Positions 11,004 through 20,505 are shown, counted from the stretch's first letter. The stretch is 64,000 bases of DNA from a virus (IMGVR_UViG_3300022602_002120:96001-160000), one strand, 5' to 3'. Notes: generated by a model not told the origin, from the sequence alone. Made by a program: numbers and translations.

Positions 11004-12306
11004 ACCTAGCACGTTATGTATGGCACCTTGGGTACACACATATCTAAGCCCACAAACAGAAAGACGTATGTGCTGTGCTAGTCGCGAGCCTGCGCAGAAC
11101 TTTGAACAGTATATAGATACTAAGTCGGGTACGGGCAAGTATATTCCCATTACCCTAGAAGAACATTGGAACAGCCCTCACATGAAAGATGTGCGAGTGC
11201 GTATGCTGGCTGGTGAAACACTACCAGAGTGCGAAGTATGTAATGACAAGTTACTGAACACAAGCGTTTACCGTAGTTATTTTGATAGTATGTTTGGACA
11301 TAAGTATTCACAAGTACTAGAGAATACTCAACCAGACGGAACTACTACACTTCGTCCTGTTAGTTGGGACTATCGCTTTAGTAACTTATGTAATTTCAAA
11401 TGCCGTATGTGTGGAGATATGTTATCTAGTGCCTGGGAGTCAGAACAGCGCACTCACAATATGATCAATTGGAGTAATCCAAAGAATAATTGGATGCGCC
11501 CCGAAATCAAAGAACAAATAACCGAGTTTCAAGACAGTCAAATTGAACAAGAGTTTGCAAATGCTGTAGAACAACATCAAGTAGAAGAAGTATATTGGGT
11601 AGGCGGAGAGCCCTTAATGTACGAACAACATTGGCGCTACATGAAGCGCATTGTTGAACTAGGAGATGGCAAAAATGTATACGCAAGGTATAACACTAAC
11701 CTTAGCCGTGTCGACTATCGCGGTGTCAATCTTTACAGGGACATTTTATCTGGGCTACGTGACTGGCAAATCTGCGCGAGTCTCGACGGAACAGGAGCAA
11801 TTGGAGAGTACATTAGAACAGGCCTTGGATACAGTCACTGGCTTACAAACTTCCGTCAAGGAGTTAAAATCGCAAGTCACCGACGCCAAATGCGAATTGA
11901 CTTTACTCTCACGCTCCCAGGAATGTTTGAAGTCATCAACATTAGCCGCCTTGCTCAAGAAATGGGTGTAGACATACTTGCCAAAGTAGTCTTTAGTTTT
12001 AGTCCCGATATTATTATGAGTCCTTTAGCACTACCTAGGGAGTTGTTAGATCCTTGGGTAGATGAACTATTAGTTGGCCTTGACTCTGAGGGTTACCCTC
12101 AAAATAGCCCACTAAAGGACATACTGATTCAGCTTAAAACTCGCCCAACCTTTCAAGAACAGTGGCCCGATACTTGGAAAGAAAGTCTTGCTCAAGGTAA
12201 ACGGCGTGTGTTACAATTAGAGCATATCCGTGGTGACGATTACACTATGGCTGACATATTATCGACGAGAGCAGATGTTTATGAGTGGTACAAATCAATT
12301 AATTGA
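10990..12306 (+). CDS. Radical SAM protein with N-terminal twitch domain
   Basis: CMAPW...RMCC...CEVC, CNFKCRMC and WVGGEPL. Confidence 0.9.
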   Translation: MNQPKPSTLCMAPWVHTYLSPQTERRMCCASREPAQNFEQYIDTKSGTGKYIPITLEEHWNSPHMKDVRVRMLAGETLPECEVCNDKLLNTSVYRSYFDSMFGHKYSQVLENTQPDGTTTLRPVSWDYRFSNLCNFKCRMCGDMLSSAWESEQRTHNMINWSNPKNNWMRPEIKEQITEFQDSQIEQEFANAVEQHQVEEVYWVGGEPLMYEQHWRYMKRIVELGDGKNVYARYNTNLSRVDYRGVNLYRDILSGLRDWQICASLDGTGAIGEYIRTGLGYSHWLTNFRQGVKIASHRRQMRIDFTLTLPGMFEVINISRLAQEMGVDILAKVVFSFSPDIIMSPLALPRELLDPWVDELLVGLDSEGYPQNSPLKDILIQLKTRPTFQEQWPDTWKESLAQGKRRVLQLEHIRGDDYTMADILSTRADVYEWYKSIN

Positions 12307-13402
12307 TACAATAGAAATTGTCCTACGTGGGCAGGACAGCCTCTTATCTGTTTATATTGATGTATTTGATAACAGTTTGAGTCATAAATGGTTAGTATCT
12401 CTCAACACTCTACTAAAAAATAATTATCATTTAGAAAAGAATTATTGTTTCTTTGGATTTGCTGATGGTCCTCGTGATGGTAAATTAATTGTTGAGCAAA
12501 TTAATTGTAGTATACAAGCAATCAATGAAGCCAATATCGGATACAAGATTGATGATTATTTTACTTTAGAAAATAGTATAGTTTCTGGTAAAATAATTCC
12601 TGAGCACTTATATCCACTAGGACAACGGCCTGCTAATTTACCAGGCGAAGTTAACCATGATCATTTTAACAATCTGCATCGTTATTTTGAGGATCTACAG
12701 GGAGTAAGTGGTCGCATGACTGAATATTATAATCTTGCAGATTCCACTGTACGATGGCATATCAGACAATTAAATCTATTGTGTCACGAATTTGAAAGTT
12801 GGGCATTAAGTAATAGAAAAAAATATACAGCACCAGACTGGGTACGCCCTAGTCAACTTATGTGTTGGTTAACAGCACCGAGATTTATCCTTACTGAAGA
12901 TGATTATGATCTATTTGGAGTCGAAACAATGAATCGTCCTCTTGGCGGAGTATATGTGGGTGTTAACAAAGCTGTAGGCAAACATCATTGGGAAGTCTTT
13001 GTAGACGAAGCAGGATATAATCCCAATATGATAATTGAAAATTTAACCACAACTACTTTGCGTAGTCAACTTGAGGCAGCTGGCGATTTTGATATAGAGT
13101 GGGGAAATAACCCTGGTGAATATGAATGGCAAAAGAAACATCTGGCAGATTTTAGACAATGGCTAATTAATAATAATTTTGATCCAGCAGATAAAACATT
13201 AACCATTGGGCATCCGCAAGTAGGACAAGTTAATCTAATTCGCAGTTTTGGTACTGATAATTATAAAGATATTTGGGCAAAGTTAGAGCAACATTTAGAT
13301 GTATTCAGTATTAGAACCAAAGAAGAATATGCTGAATATGATTATCAATGGAGCGATAATGATTTTGCCGCTAGACAAGTTGCTATTATAGGTAATCAAT
13401 GA
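12281..13402 (+). CDS. Hypothetical protein (about 370 aa) inside the radical SAM operon
   Basis: Long ORF overlapping both neighbours; start uncertain (12230, 12275 or 12281); no family recognised. Confidence 0.75.
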   Translation: MSGTNQLIDTIEIVLRGQDSLLSVYIDVFDNSLSHKWLVSLNTLLKNNYHLEKNYCFFGFADGPRDGKLIVEQINCSIQAINEANIGYKIDDYFTLENSIVSGKIIPEHLYPLGQRPANLPGEVNHDHFNNLHRYFEDLQGVSGRMTEYYNLADSTVRWHIRQLNLLCHEFESWALSNRKKYTAPDWVRPSQLMCWLTAPRFILTEDDYDLFGVETMNRPLGGVYVGVNKAVGKHHWEVFVDEAGYNPNMIIENLTTTTLRSQLEAAGDFDIEWGNNPGEYEWQKKHLADFRQWLINNNFDPADKTLTIGHPQVGQVNLIRSFGTDNYKDIWAKLEQHLDVFSIRTKEEYAEYDYQWSDNDFAARQVAIIGNQ

Positions 13403-13959
13403 TGATTATTGCTGGCGGGGATAGTATGGTATGGGGTAGTGAGTTAGCTGATAGTCCTCATGGCGGCCACGATGGATACAGTTCTAATACTTTTGCAGCA
13501 TTATTGGCTAAAGATAACTATGTTTGTGCTGCATATCCCGGTATAGGTAATAAAGAAATAGTTCAACGAATAATAGAAGCATTAACGTTAACAGATCCAA
13601 CTGGCGTCCTAGTCTGCTGGACTTGGCCGAGCCGAGATAATAAAATTCACAGCGATGAAGAAATAATACATCTTCAAGAATATTTAGAACATTATAATAT
13701 TCCTTATTTGTTTACCTGTGTAGATAACTGTATAGTTACAGATAATCCTAAAATTAATTGGGATCACTGGTACTTATTTCCGCCAGGCATAGAATTGTAC
13801 GAAACTCTACAACCAAGAGGATTTTATCAATGGGCTGTAGAAAATAAGTACAATATAGGCCCAGAACATCATCCGTTAGAGCAAGCACACGTTGATGCGG
13901 CCAATTTAATGAGGAATAAATTCAATGAACTGGTTAAAAAATCTAATCAATCGAGTTAA
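13399..13959 (+). CDS. SGNH-fold protein
   Basis: GGDSMVWGSEL, YPGIGN and HHPLEQAH. Confidence 0.6.
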   Translation: MMIIAGGDSMVWGSELADSPHGGHDGYSSNTFAALLAKDNYVCAAYPGIGNKEIVQRIIEALTLTDPTGVLVCWTWPSRDNKIHSDEEIIHLQEYLEHYNIPYLFTCVDNCIVTDNPKINWDHWYLFPPGIELYETLQPRGFYQWAVENKYNIGPEHHPLEQAHVDAANLMRNKFNELVKKSNQSS

Positions 13960-14026
13960 ACTAGAAATAGCATACCGCAAGAAGCTTAAAGAGCTTCGCA
14001 AAAGAGATCCTTTTATTTACAAATAA
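13925..14026 (+). CDS. 33-aa cationic peptide MNWLKNLINRVKLEIAYRKKLKELRKRDPFIYK (not in ORF track)
   Basis: Hand-translated; its TAA overlaps the next ATG (TAATG) and it fills the only gap in the operon. Confidence 0.75.
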   Translation: MNWLKNLINRVKLEIAYRKKLKELRKRDPFIYK

Positions 14027-14664
14027 TGCGTTTACTAACTGTTGGTGATAGTTTTACCTACGGGGAAGAACTAAGCGACCTGACGCTCGCTTGGCCATTT
14101 CAGTTATCTGCTACATTAGGATACGATGTAACCAATTTGGCAAAACCCGGTAGCGGCAACACACGTATGGTTAGATATGCTGTTGAAAATATAACCAAGT
14201 ATGACATGATTATTGTTGCGTGGACGCATTGGGCTAGGACTGAAATTGCAGACGAGTGCGGCTTTTATGATATTTGGCCAGGTTGTAGTCCAATACCACA
14301 CAAAGAACATACCCAATGGCGTAGTGATCTGATAGAATATTATTCTCGACACTATAATGATGAATATCTATATAGGCAATATCTATTAAACATAATTTTA
14401 TTACAAAATTATTTTAGTAAAAATAATAAGAAATATCTAATGTTAGATGCCTTTGCTAATCACCAATATCGTGGAAGGAAAACAAATGAGGATCTAATAG
14501 GACAAATTGATACTGGATATTTCGTTGGCTGGCCAGATGAATCAATGATGGAATGGACCTATGGATGCAATCAAGGTCCAATTGGACATTTTCTAGAGTT
14601 AGGGCATCAACGTGTAGCGGAAAAGATATATAATCATATGGTGAAATTAAAATGGGCTGTTTAA
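14026..14664 (+). CDS. SGNH-fold protein
   Basis: VGDSFTYGEEL, NLAKPGSGN and GHFLELGH. Confidence 0.65.
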   Translation: MRLLTVGDSFTYGEELSDLTLAWPFQLSATLGYDVTNLAKPGSGNTRMVRYAVENITKYDMIIVAWTHWARTEIADECGFYDIWPGCSPIPHKEHTQWRSDLIEYYSRHYNDEYLYRQYLLNIILLQNYFSKNNKKYLMLDAFANHQYRGRKTNEDLIGQIDTGYFVGWPDESMMEWTYGCNQGPIGHFLELGHQRVAEKIYNHMVKLKWAV

Positions 14665-15443
14665 TTGCAGGTGGCGATAGTTTTACCTATGGCAGTGAAT
14701 TGTCTGATTGCTTTGTATTGAGTGAATCTTCTACGCCCAAGGAAGTGCATAGTCAAAGTACCTATACAGCGTTAATTGCTAAAGAACTAGATTTAGAATA
14801 TATCTGTGCGGCCCATCCTGGTAATAGCAATAGTGCTATTAGACGAAGTGTAATGAACGCATGTGAAAGTAACACTAACATAGAACAAGTGATAGTTACT
14901 TGGAGCTTCCCTGGCAGGTACGAATTTAATTTCAACAACTCATGGGAACAAATAAATCCATGGAGTGTTGCTGATGATGCAGAAAAAACTATAAAAAAAG
15001 ATTTTCACATAGATAATCCTATAGTGTTTCAACATCATTTGGATAAACTAAAACGTGAACAAGCATTAGGTATAAGTGACTTTGCTAGAATATTTTATAG
15101 CAAGATAGGTGGATTTGAATATTGGGAAGTTTATAACAGTCTACTAGACATTGTATTACTTGAACAATATTTAAAAATAAAAGATATTCCCTACTTGTTC
15201 TTAGGAGTAGATGAGTGTATACTAATAAATGTTAATAAACATGAACATGATGTGAATATAAAGACTCTATACAACCAAATTGATATGACTAAATGGTATT
15301 GGTTTCCGAAACATAAAGGATTTTATACCTGGGCAAGAGATAATAAGTTTCCTTTTGCCACAACACATCCGCGCGAACCAGCACACATTGAAGCGGCAAA
15401 TTTAGTATATGAACATCTGAGATATATTGGTAATATTAGGTGA
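14652..15443 (+). CDS. SGNH-fold protein
   Basis: GGDSFTYGSEL, AHPGNSN and THPREPAH. Confidence 0.6.
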   Translation: MGCLIAGGDSFTYGSELSDCFVLSESSTPKEVHSQSTYTALIAKELDLEYICAAHPGNSNSAIRRSVMNACESNTNIEQVIVTWSFPGRYEFNFNNSWEQINPWSVADDAEKTIKKDFHIDNPIVFQHHLDKLKREQALGISDFARIFYSKIGGFEYWEVYNSLLDIVLLEQYLKIKDIPYLFLGVDECILINVNKHEHDVNIKTLYNQIDMTKWYWFPKHKGFYTWARDNKFPFATTHPREPAHIEAANLVYEHLRYIGNIR

Positions 15444-16093
15444 TTAATAATATACTAGCCATTGGCGATAGTTATACCTATGGATCGGAACTTGAAAATC
15501 CAGGGCGTGATTCTTGGCCGATGCAATTGGCAATTAAGTTAAACAGCTATGTAACTAACTTAGGTATGCCTAGTAGTAGTAATGATAGAATCTTCAGATT
15601 GGCAATTGAACACACACTTGAATTACAATATGATTTAGTAATTTGCGCCTGGACTGAAGTGTCTAGACTAGATTTATGGGCTAATGACCGGGAGTTTCAA
15701 GTAACATCAGCTAGTGTTGATTATCATGCTAAACAGTATCCTTGGATTAAAGAATATTATGCTAGACACTATGATGACAGACATAGTACTAAAACTTGGT
15801 TAACCAGAGTGTTAGCACTACAAGAATATTTTAAAAATAAAGGTCAGCGATACATCTTTGCTAACATGCAACCTAACAATGAGTATCGCGAACATTATAC
15901 AAAATTAGGCCTAACTAAATTTATAGACCAAATTGATACTGATAATTATTTAGGTTGGCCGGAAGGCGAAGGTATGCACGCTTGGATAGGTGATGCAGAA
16001 ATTGGGTCATGTGGCCATCCACTTGAGCTTGGACATAAACGTATAGCGGAAAAGTACTATGAACATATTAGGAATATCGGCTGGCTTTCATGA
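15440..16093 (+). CDS. SGNH-fold protein
   Basis: IGDSYTYGSEL, NLGMPSSSN and GHPLELGH; GTG start. Confidence 0.65.
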   Translation: MINNILAIGDSYTYGSELENPGRDSWPMQLAIKLNSYVTNLGMPSSSNDRIFRLAIEHTLELQYDLVICAWTEVSRLDLWANDREFQVTSASVDYHAKQYPWIKEYYARHYDDRHSTKTWLTRVLALQEYFKNKGQRYIFANMQPNNEYREHYTKLGLTKFIDQIDTDNYLGWPEGEGMHAWIGDAEIGSCGHPLELGHKRIAEKYYEHIRNIGWLS

Positions 16094-17555
16094 TGCCGCT
16101 GTTACATTAATCGACGAACAAGGCAAGATCTTGTTCGCAGGACATGCTGAACGTTACAGCAAGATTAAACATGACAGTGTATTAAATGTCCCTTTGATCA
16201 GAGATGCGTTGCGATATGGTAGTATAGATCAGATTGCCTACTATGAACGTCCATGGGTTAAAAAGACTCGTCAACTATATGCAGGTCAATGGAGTGAACT
16301 TAAAACTCCGTGGACTGTTGCAGGTATATTAAAAGCTCAATTACCCAAGTTACATTTACATAAATTACCAATTAAGTCGTATAATCATCACTTATCACAT
16401 GCGGCGGCAGGATTTCAAACAAGCTCATTTACAGATGCCACTGTAGTGGTTATTGATGCTATCGGTGAGTGGGATACTATTAGTATTTGGCATGCGTATT
16501 TTGATGACCACGGCAACGCTAAGTATCAAAAACTTTGGGGACAACAATATCCACATAGTATTGGACTAATGTATTCAGCATTTACCAAGTATGTGGGATT
16601 AAAACCCATGGATGAAGAATACATTTTAATGGGCATGGCTGGTTGGGGTAAACAGATCAGATGGGATGAAATAGAACAGCTTAAAGATAGTATATTAGGT
16701 GATGAAGGTAATTTTACATTCAAACATAACTTCCATCTAGGATTACCTGGTAAGTTACCTGTAGATTGGTCTGATGAAAACATAGCATTTGCAGCACAGT
16801 ATATAGCAGAAGATTTAATTGCCAGCGTAATGATGAAAGCAAGTAAATTAGGCTATAGTGAAAATTTAGTATACTGTGGCGGTGTAGCACTTAATTGTAG
16901 TGCGAATAGAATATTAGGGGAATATTATGATAACATTTGGATTATGCCTAATCCTGGCGATGCTGGGTCTAGCCTTGGCGCGGCTGCAATGGCTTTGGGC
17001 AGAAGGTTGGTTTGGAAAGATGCTTTCCTTGGCTTTAACATTCCTGGTCGTTATCCTGTTAAAGATATCATTTCCGAGTTAACCACAAATAAAATTTGTG
17101 GCGTGGCGAGCGGGCGGGCTGAGTTTGGCCCGCGAGCCCTTGGTAACCGTAGTTTATTAGCGGACCCTAGAGGTCCAGACATTAAGGATCGAGTAAATGA
17201 AATCAAACGTAGACAAAAGTTTAGACCTTTTGCACCTGTTATACTTGAGGAACTGGTACACGAATATTTCGATATGCCTCCTGGTTGGGATCGTAGCCCT
17301 TATATGCAGGTCGTGGCTCGTTGCCTGCATCCTAACCAGTTTCCTGCTATTCTACATGTTGATGGTACATCTCGCGTGCAGACAGTACCAAAAGATGGCA
17401 GTGGAATCAGACAACTCTTAGAACAATGGTATACTTGGACAGGATGTCCTATGCTGCTTAACACCAGCTTAAATGTCAGAGGCGAACCAATGGTTAATAA
17501 TCGTAAAGATGCAGATCGGTTTGAAAGACTATATGGCATAAAGGTTATGTCGTGA
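16059..17555 (+). CDS. O-carbamoyltransferase (NodU/CmcH/TobZ family)
   Basis: GFHDAA, HHLSHAA, DAIGE, GGVALN, PGDAG, EFGPRALGNRS, RPFAP and LNTSLN. Confidence 0.92.
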   Translation: MNILGISAGFHDAAVTLIDEQGKILFAGHAERYSKIKHDSVLNVPLIRDALRYGSIDQIAYYERPWVKKTRQLYAGQWSELKTPWTVAGILKAQLPKLHLHKLPIKSYNHHLSHAAAGFQTSSFTDATVVVIDAIGEWDTISIWHAYFDDHGNAKYQKLWGQQYPHSIGLMYSAFTKYVGLKPMDEEYILMGMAGWGKQIRWDEIEQLKDSILGDEGNFTFKHNFHLGLPGKLPVDWSDENIAFAAQYIAEDLIASVMMKASKLGYSENLVYCGGVALNCSANRILGEYYDNIWIMPNPGDAGSSLGAAAMALGRRLVWKDAFLGFNIPGRYPVKDIISELTTNKICGVASGRAEFGPRALGNRSLLADPRGPDIKDRVNEIKRRQKFRPFAPVILEELVHEYFDMPPGWDRSPYMQVVARCLHPNQFPAILHVDGTSRVQTVPKDGSGIRQLLEQWYTWTGCPMLLNTSLNVRGEPMVNNRKDADRFERLYGIKVMS

Positions 17556-18337
17556 AAAACTATTGGGAATTAGGAGCAACATTAGATTTAGGAACCTATC
17601 CCCGTAATCAAGAGTTATCGTTTAGCCTAAGTGATCTAGACAATGAAGAACGTTTTAATTCTTTGCCGCCTGGCAATTGGTCTAAGGATAGTTTTACCTA
17701 CAAGTATAATAGCTGCGGATTTCGTAGCTGTGAATTTGATCTCGACGGAATAAATCCTGTAATACTTACATTAGGTTGTAGTCATACAGTAGGTGTGGGT
17801 GTGCCACAGCACAATAATTGGCCTGAACAATTTGGTAGTAGATATTTTCCTGAACATAAGGTATATAATGCTGGTCTGGGGGGTGCGGGGGCAGATACTA
17901 TTGCACGATTAGCAATTAACCTAATTCCTATTATTAAACCTAGTATAGTTGCAGTCTTATGGCCAAGTTTATATCGGTTTGAAACATATGAAAATGGTGC
18001 TGTGTTTAACGGCGCTTGGACTATGGAACAAGACAATCTACAGTACGAGGACAACACAGCATACAATAATCAGACTAAAAATAAAACAATTTTAGAGTTA
18101 CTACAGCAGGTTTATCAATTTAAACTGTTAAGTATAGATTGGGATGACACTGTACAAAAAGTTTACAATACAATTTCTTGGACTAAAGGCCGTGACGGTG
18201 CACACTTTGGTGTAGATTGGCATCAACAGATTGCTTATGATTTTAATTTACAATATTGTAATCCTGATGACTTTGTGTTAAAATATACAAATCCAAAAGT
18301 CTACTGGGACAAATACAAGGATAGGAAAATTAAATGA
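17552..18337 (+). CDS. SGNH-fold protein
   Basis: LGCSHTVG, NAGLGGAG and DGAHFG; N-terminal YKYNSCGFRS resembles 10359..11003. Confidence 0.6.
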   Translation: MKNYWELGATLDLGTYPRNQELSFSLSDLDNEERFNSLPPGNWSKDSFTYKYNSCGFRSCEFDLDGINPVILTLGCSHTVGVGVPQHNNWPEQFGSRYFPEHKVYNAGLGGAGADTIARLAINLIPIIKPSIVAVLWPSLYRFETYENGAVFNGAWTMEQDNLQYEDNTAYNNQTKNKTILELLQQVYQFKLLSIDWDDTVQKVYNTISWTKGRDGAHFGVDWHQQIAYDFNLQYCNPDDFVLKYTNPKVYWDKYKDRKIK

Positions 18338-18759
18338 AAATATTAGTTATGGGCCTACCAGGAAGTGGAAAATCAACCTTGGCCGAACCGTTGGCTAATC
18401 TATTAGGTGCTGTGTGGATCAATGCTGATAAAATTAGAGAACAATACAACGATTGGGATTTTACATCAGAGGGAAGACTGCGCCAAGCTCAACGCATGAA
18501 GTATCTAGCTGACGGGGTTGTATTAGCTGGTAAGATTGCTGTGGCTGATTTTGTCTGCCCAACTGAACAAGCACGTGAATATTTTGCTCCAGACTATACT
18601 GTTTGGATGGATACTATTCGCGAAGGCCGTTACGAAGATACTAACAAAATGTTTGAACCGCCAGCAGAATGTAACTATCATGTTAAAGAATGGTTTAGCG
18701 ACACTGATAAAGAATTAATGAAAGTGGTAATGAACTACATACAAAGAACTAGCAAATGA
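18334..18759 (+). CDS. Adenylyl-sulfate kinase-like P-loop kinase
   Basis: GLPGSGKSTLA, NADKIR, DFTSEGRLRQAQR and DFVCP; short version. Confidence 0.7.
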   Translation: MKILVMGLPGSGKSTLAEPLANLLGAVWINADKIREQYNDWDFTSEGRLRQAQRMKYLADGVVLAGKIAVADFVCPTEQAREYFAPDYTVWMDTIREGRYEDTNKMFEPPAECNYHVKEWFSDTDKELMKVVMNYIQRTSK

Positions 18760-19196
18760 AACCAAAATATAAACTAGCACACATGAAGGCCGCACATCTC
18801 TACGCTGAACTAAGCACAGCACGTAGATTAAAAGTGGGCGCACTTATTGTCAAAGACGATAGAATTATTAGTATCGGCTACAATGGTATGCCTAGTGGAT
18901 GGGATAACGATTGTGAGTACAAATACTACAGCATAGGTAATCCCAATGACTTTGAATTAAAAACTAAACCGGAGGTCCTACATGCTGAAACCAACGCTAT
19001 TGCGAAACTTGCTAGAAGCACTGACAGTGGTGATAATGCCACTTTATTTGTTACTCATAGTCCCTGCCTGGATTGCGCCAAACTTATTTACCAGTCCGGT
19101 ATCAGACAGGTCTACTACGCTACTGATTATCGCGATGATTCCGGGATACGTTTCCTTCATGATTCGGGTGTCACAGTGGAAAAAATAGATGTTTGA
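18756..19196 (+). CDS. dCMP deaminase
   Basis: VGALIV, GYNG, HAETNA and PCLDC. Confidence 0.92.
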   Translation: MKPKYKLAHMKAAHLYAELSTARRLKVGALIVKDDRIISIGYNGMPSGWDNDCEYKYYSIGNPNDFELKTKPEVLHAETNAIAKLARSTDSGDNATLFVTHSPCLDCAKLIYQSGIRQVYYATDYRDDSGIRFLHDSGVTVEKIDV

Positions 19197-20505
19197 TGTT
19201 TTTATAATGGACCTGGGCGGCAATGAAGACAATGTACAGAGTCTTGTACAGCGTTTTCCGCACGCTCGAGTGGTAAGATACTACGATAATCACTTAGCCA
19301 CGTTAAAACGCTGTATTTCACGTTGTAGAACACCTTATGCTTGGGTACTTGCTAGTGTTTGTGACTACAGTAACTTTGATTTTGACTACCGAGCTGTTCC
19401 GTGGGAAGCCTATCAACTACACTGTTGGCATAGTGATCACGAGAAGTTCGGCGACACCTTCCTGGTGAACGTAAGTGAATTTAATAAGCAACAGGATATT
19501 CCTTTACTGGAATGGTATAAGGAAGTTAATTGGCATTATCCGGGTGTACCTAGATTGCCTGTACCTGTTGTTACATACATCAGTGATGACCTAGTTGAGG
19601 TAGTCAAGGCTACTAAATTTGATACTCCATATGTCCTATTCAAACGTGACACGGACTCAACTGTAAACTTTGCGCCTATTTTATGGCGAGATCGAAGTGT
19701 ACATACCTTTAACAAGGCAAACAGTGTATCGTTAGTACCCCGTGAAATTTCCGCACATTTAAAGCATCAAATCTACGATTATCCACATATTTTGAAGCAA
19801 AAAGACTGGTTTTTAGGCGATAATAACCTCGATATTATCTACATCAGCAACGGAGAACCGCAGGCAGAACAGTGGTATGAACACTTATTATCAGTGGTAG
19901 CGGCTAGTGGTGCTACCAATTGGGTACGTAGAGTTAAAGATGTTAATGGACGTAGTGAGGCATATAAAGCTGCAGCTAATGCCAGTCAAACAGATTGGTT
20001 CTTTACTGTGTTTGCTAAATTAGAAGTAGTAGCAGACTTTGATTGGTCTTGGCAACCAGACTATCTACAAGAACCTAAACACTATATCTTTAACAGTCGT
20101 AATCCTGTTAATGGATTGGAATATGGACACATGGGCATTATTGCCTACAACAAGCAACTAGTACTTGATACAGATGAACATGGATTAGACTTTACTCTAA
20201 GCAAGCCACATGCTGTGGTCCCTGTATTAAGTGCTATTGCCCACTATAATACCACACCCGAACTAACATGGCGCACAGCATTCCGTGAAGTGTTAAAACT
20301 TGTAGATGATGTAGAAAAGACTGGAAGTATCGAAAGTCGTTATCGTTTAGATGTTTGGCTCAATGAAGGCGAGCATTGGAGCACGCAAGGTGCAACTGAT
20401 GCTGTTGAATACTACAATAATGTTGCTGGTGATATGGATAAACTCTTACTGAGTTTTGAGTGGGCTTGGTTGAAAGAATACTACTCTAAGAAGTATACTG
20501 TTTAA
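19189..20505 (+). CDS. Internally duplicated GT-A-like protein
   Basis: LDIIYISNGEP...RNPVNGLEYG; C-terminal half parallels the partial ORF 2..577. Confidence 0.5.
   Translation: MFDVFIMDLGGNEDNVQSLVQRFPHARVVRYYDNHLATLKRCISRCRTPYAWVLASVCDYSNFDFDYRAVPWEAYQLHCWHSDHEKFGDTFLVNVSEFNKQQDIPLLEWYKEVNWHYPGVPRLPVPVVTYISDDLVEVVKATKFDTPYVLFKRDTDSTVNFAPILWRDRSVHTFNKANSVSLVPREISAHLKHQIYDYPHILKQKDWFLGDNNLDIIYISNGEPQAEQWYEHLLSVVAASGATNWVRRVKDVNGRSEAYKAAANASQTDWFFTVFAKLEVVADFDWSWQPDYLQEPKHYIFNSRNPVNGLEYGHMGIIAYNKQLVLDTDEHGLDFTLSKPHAVVPVLSAIAHYNTTPELTWRTAFREVLKLVDDVEKTGSIESRYRLDVWLNEGEHWSTQGATDAVEYYNNVAGDMDKLLLSFEWAWLKEYYSKKYTV

Noticed and set aside
2389-14026. Canonical RiPP gene cluster
   Set aside because: No RRE domain, peptidase or exporter is recognisable and the neighbours are sugar enzymes. 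Only the peptide is kept, as a speculative finding.
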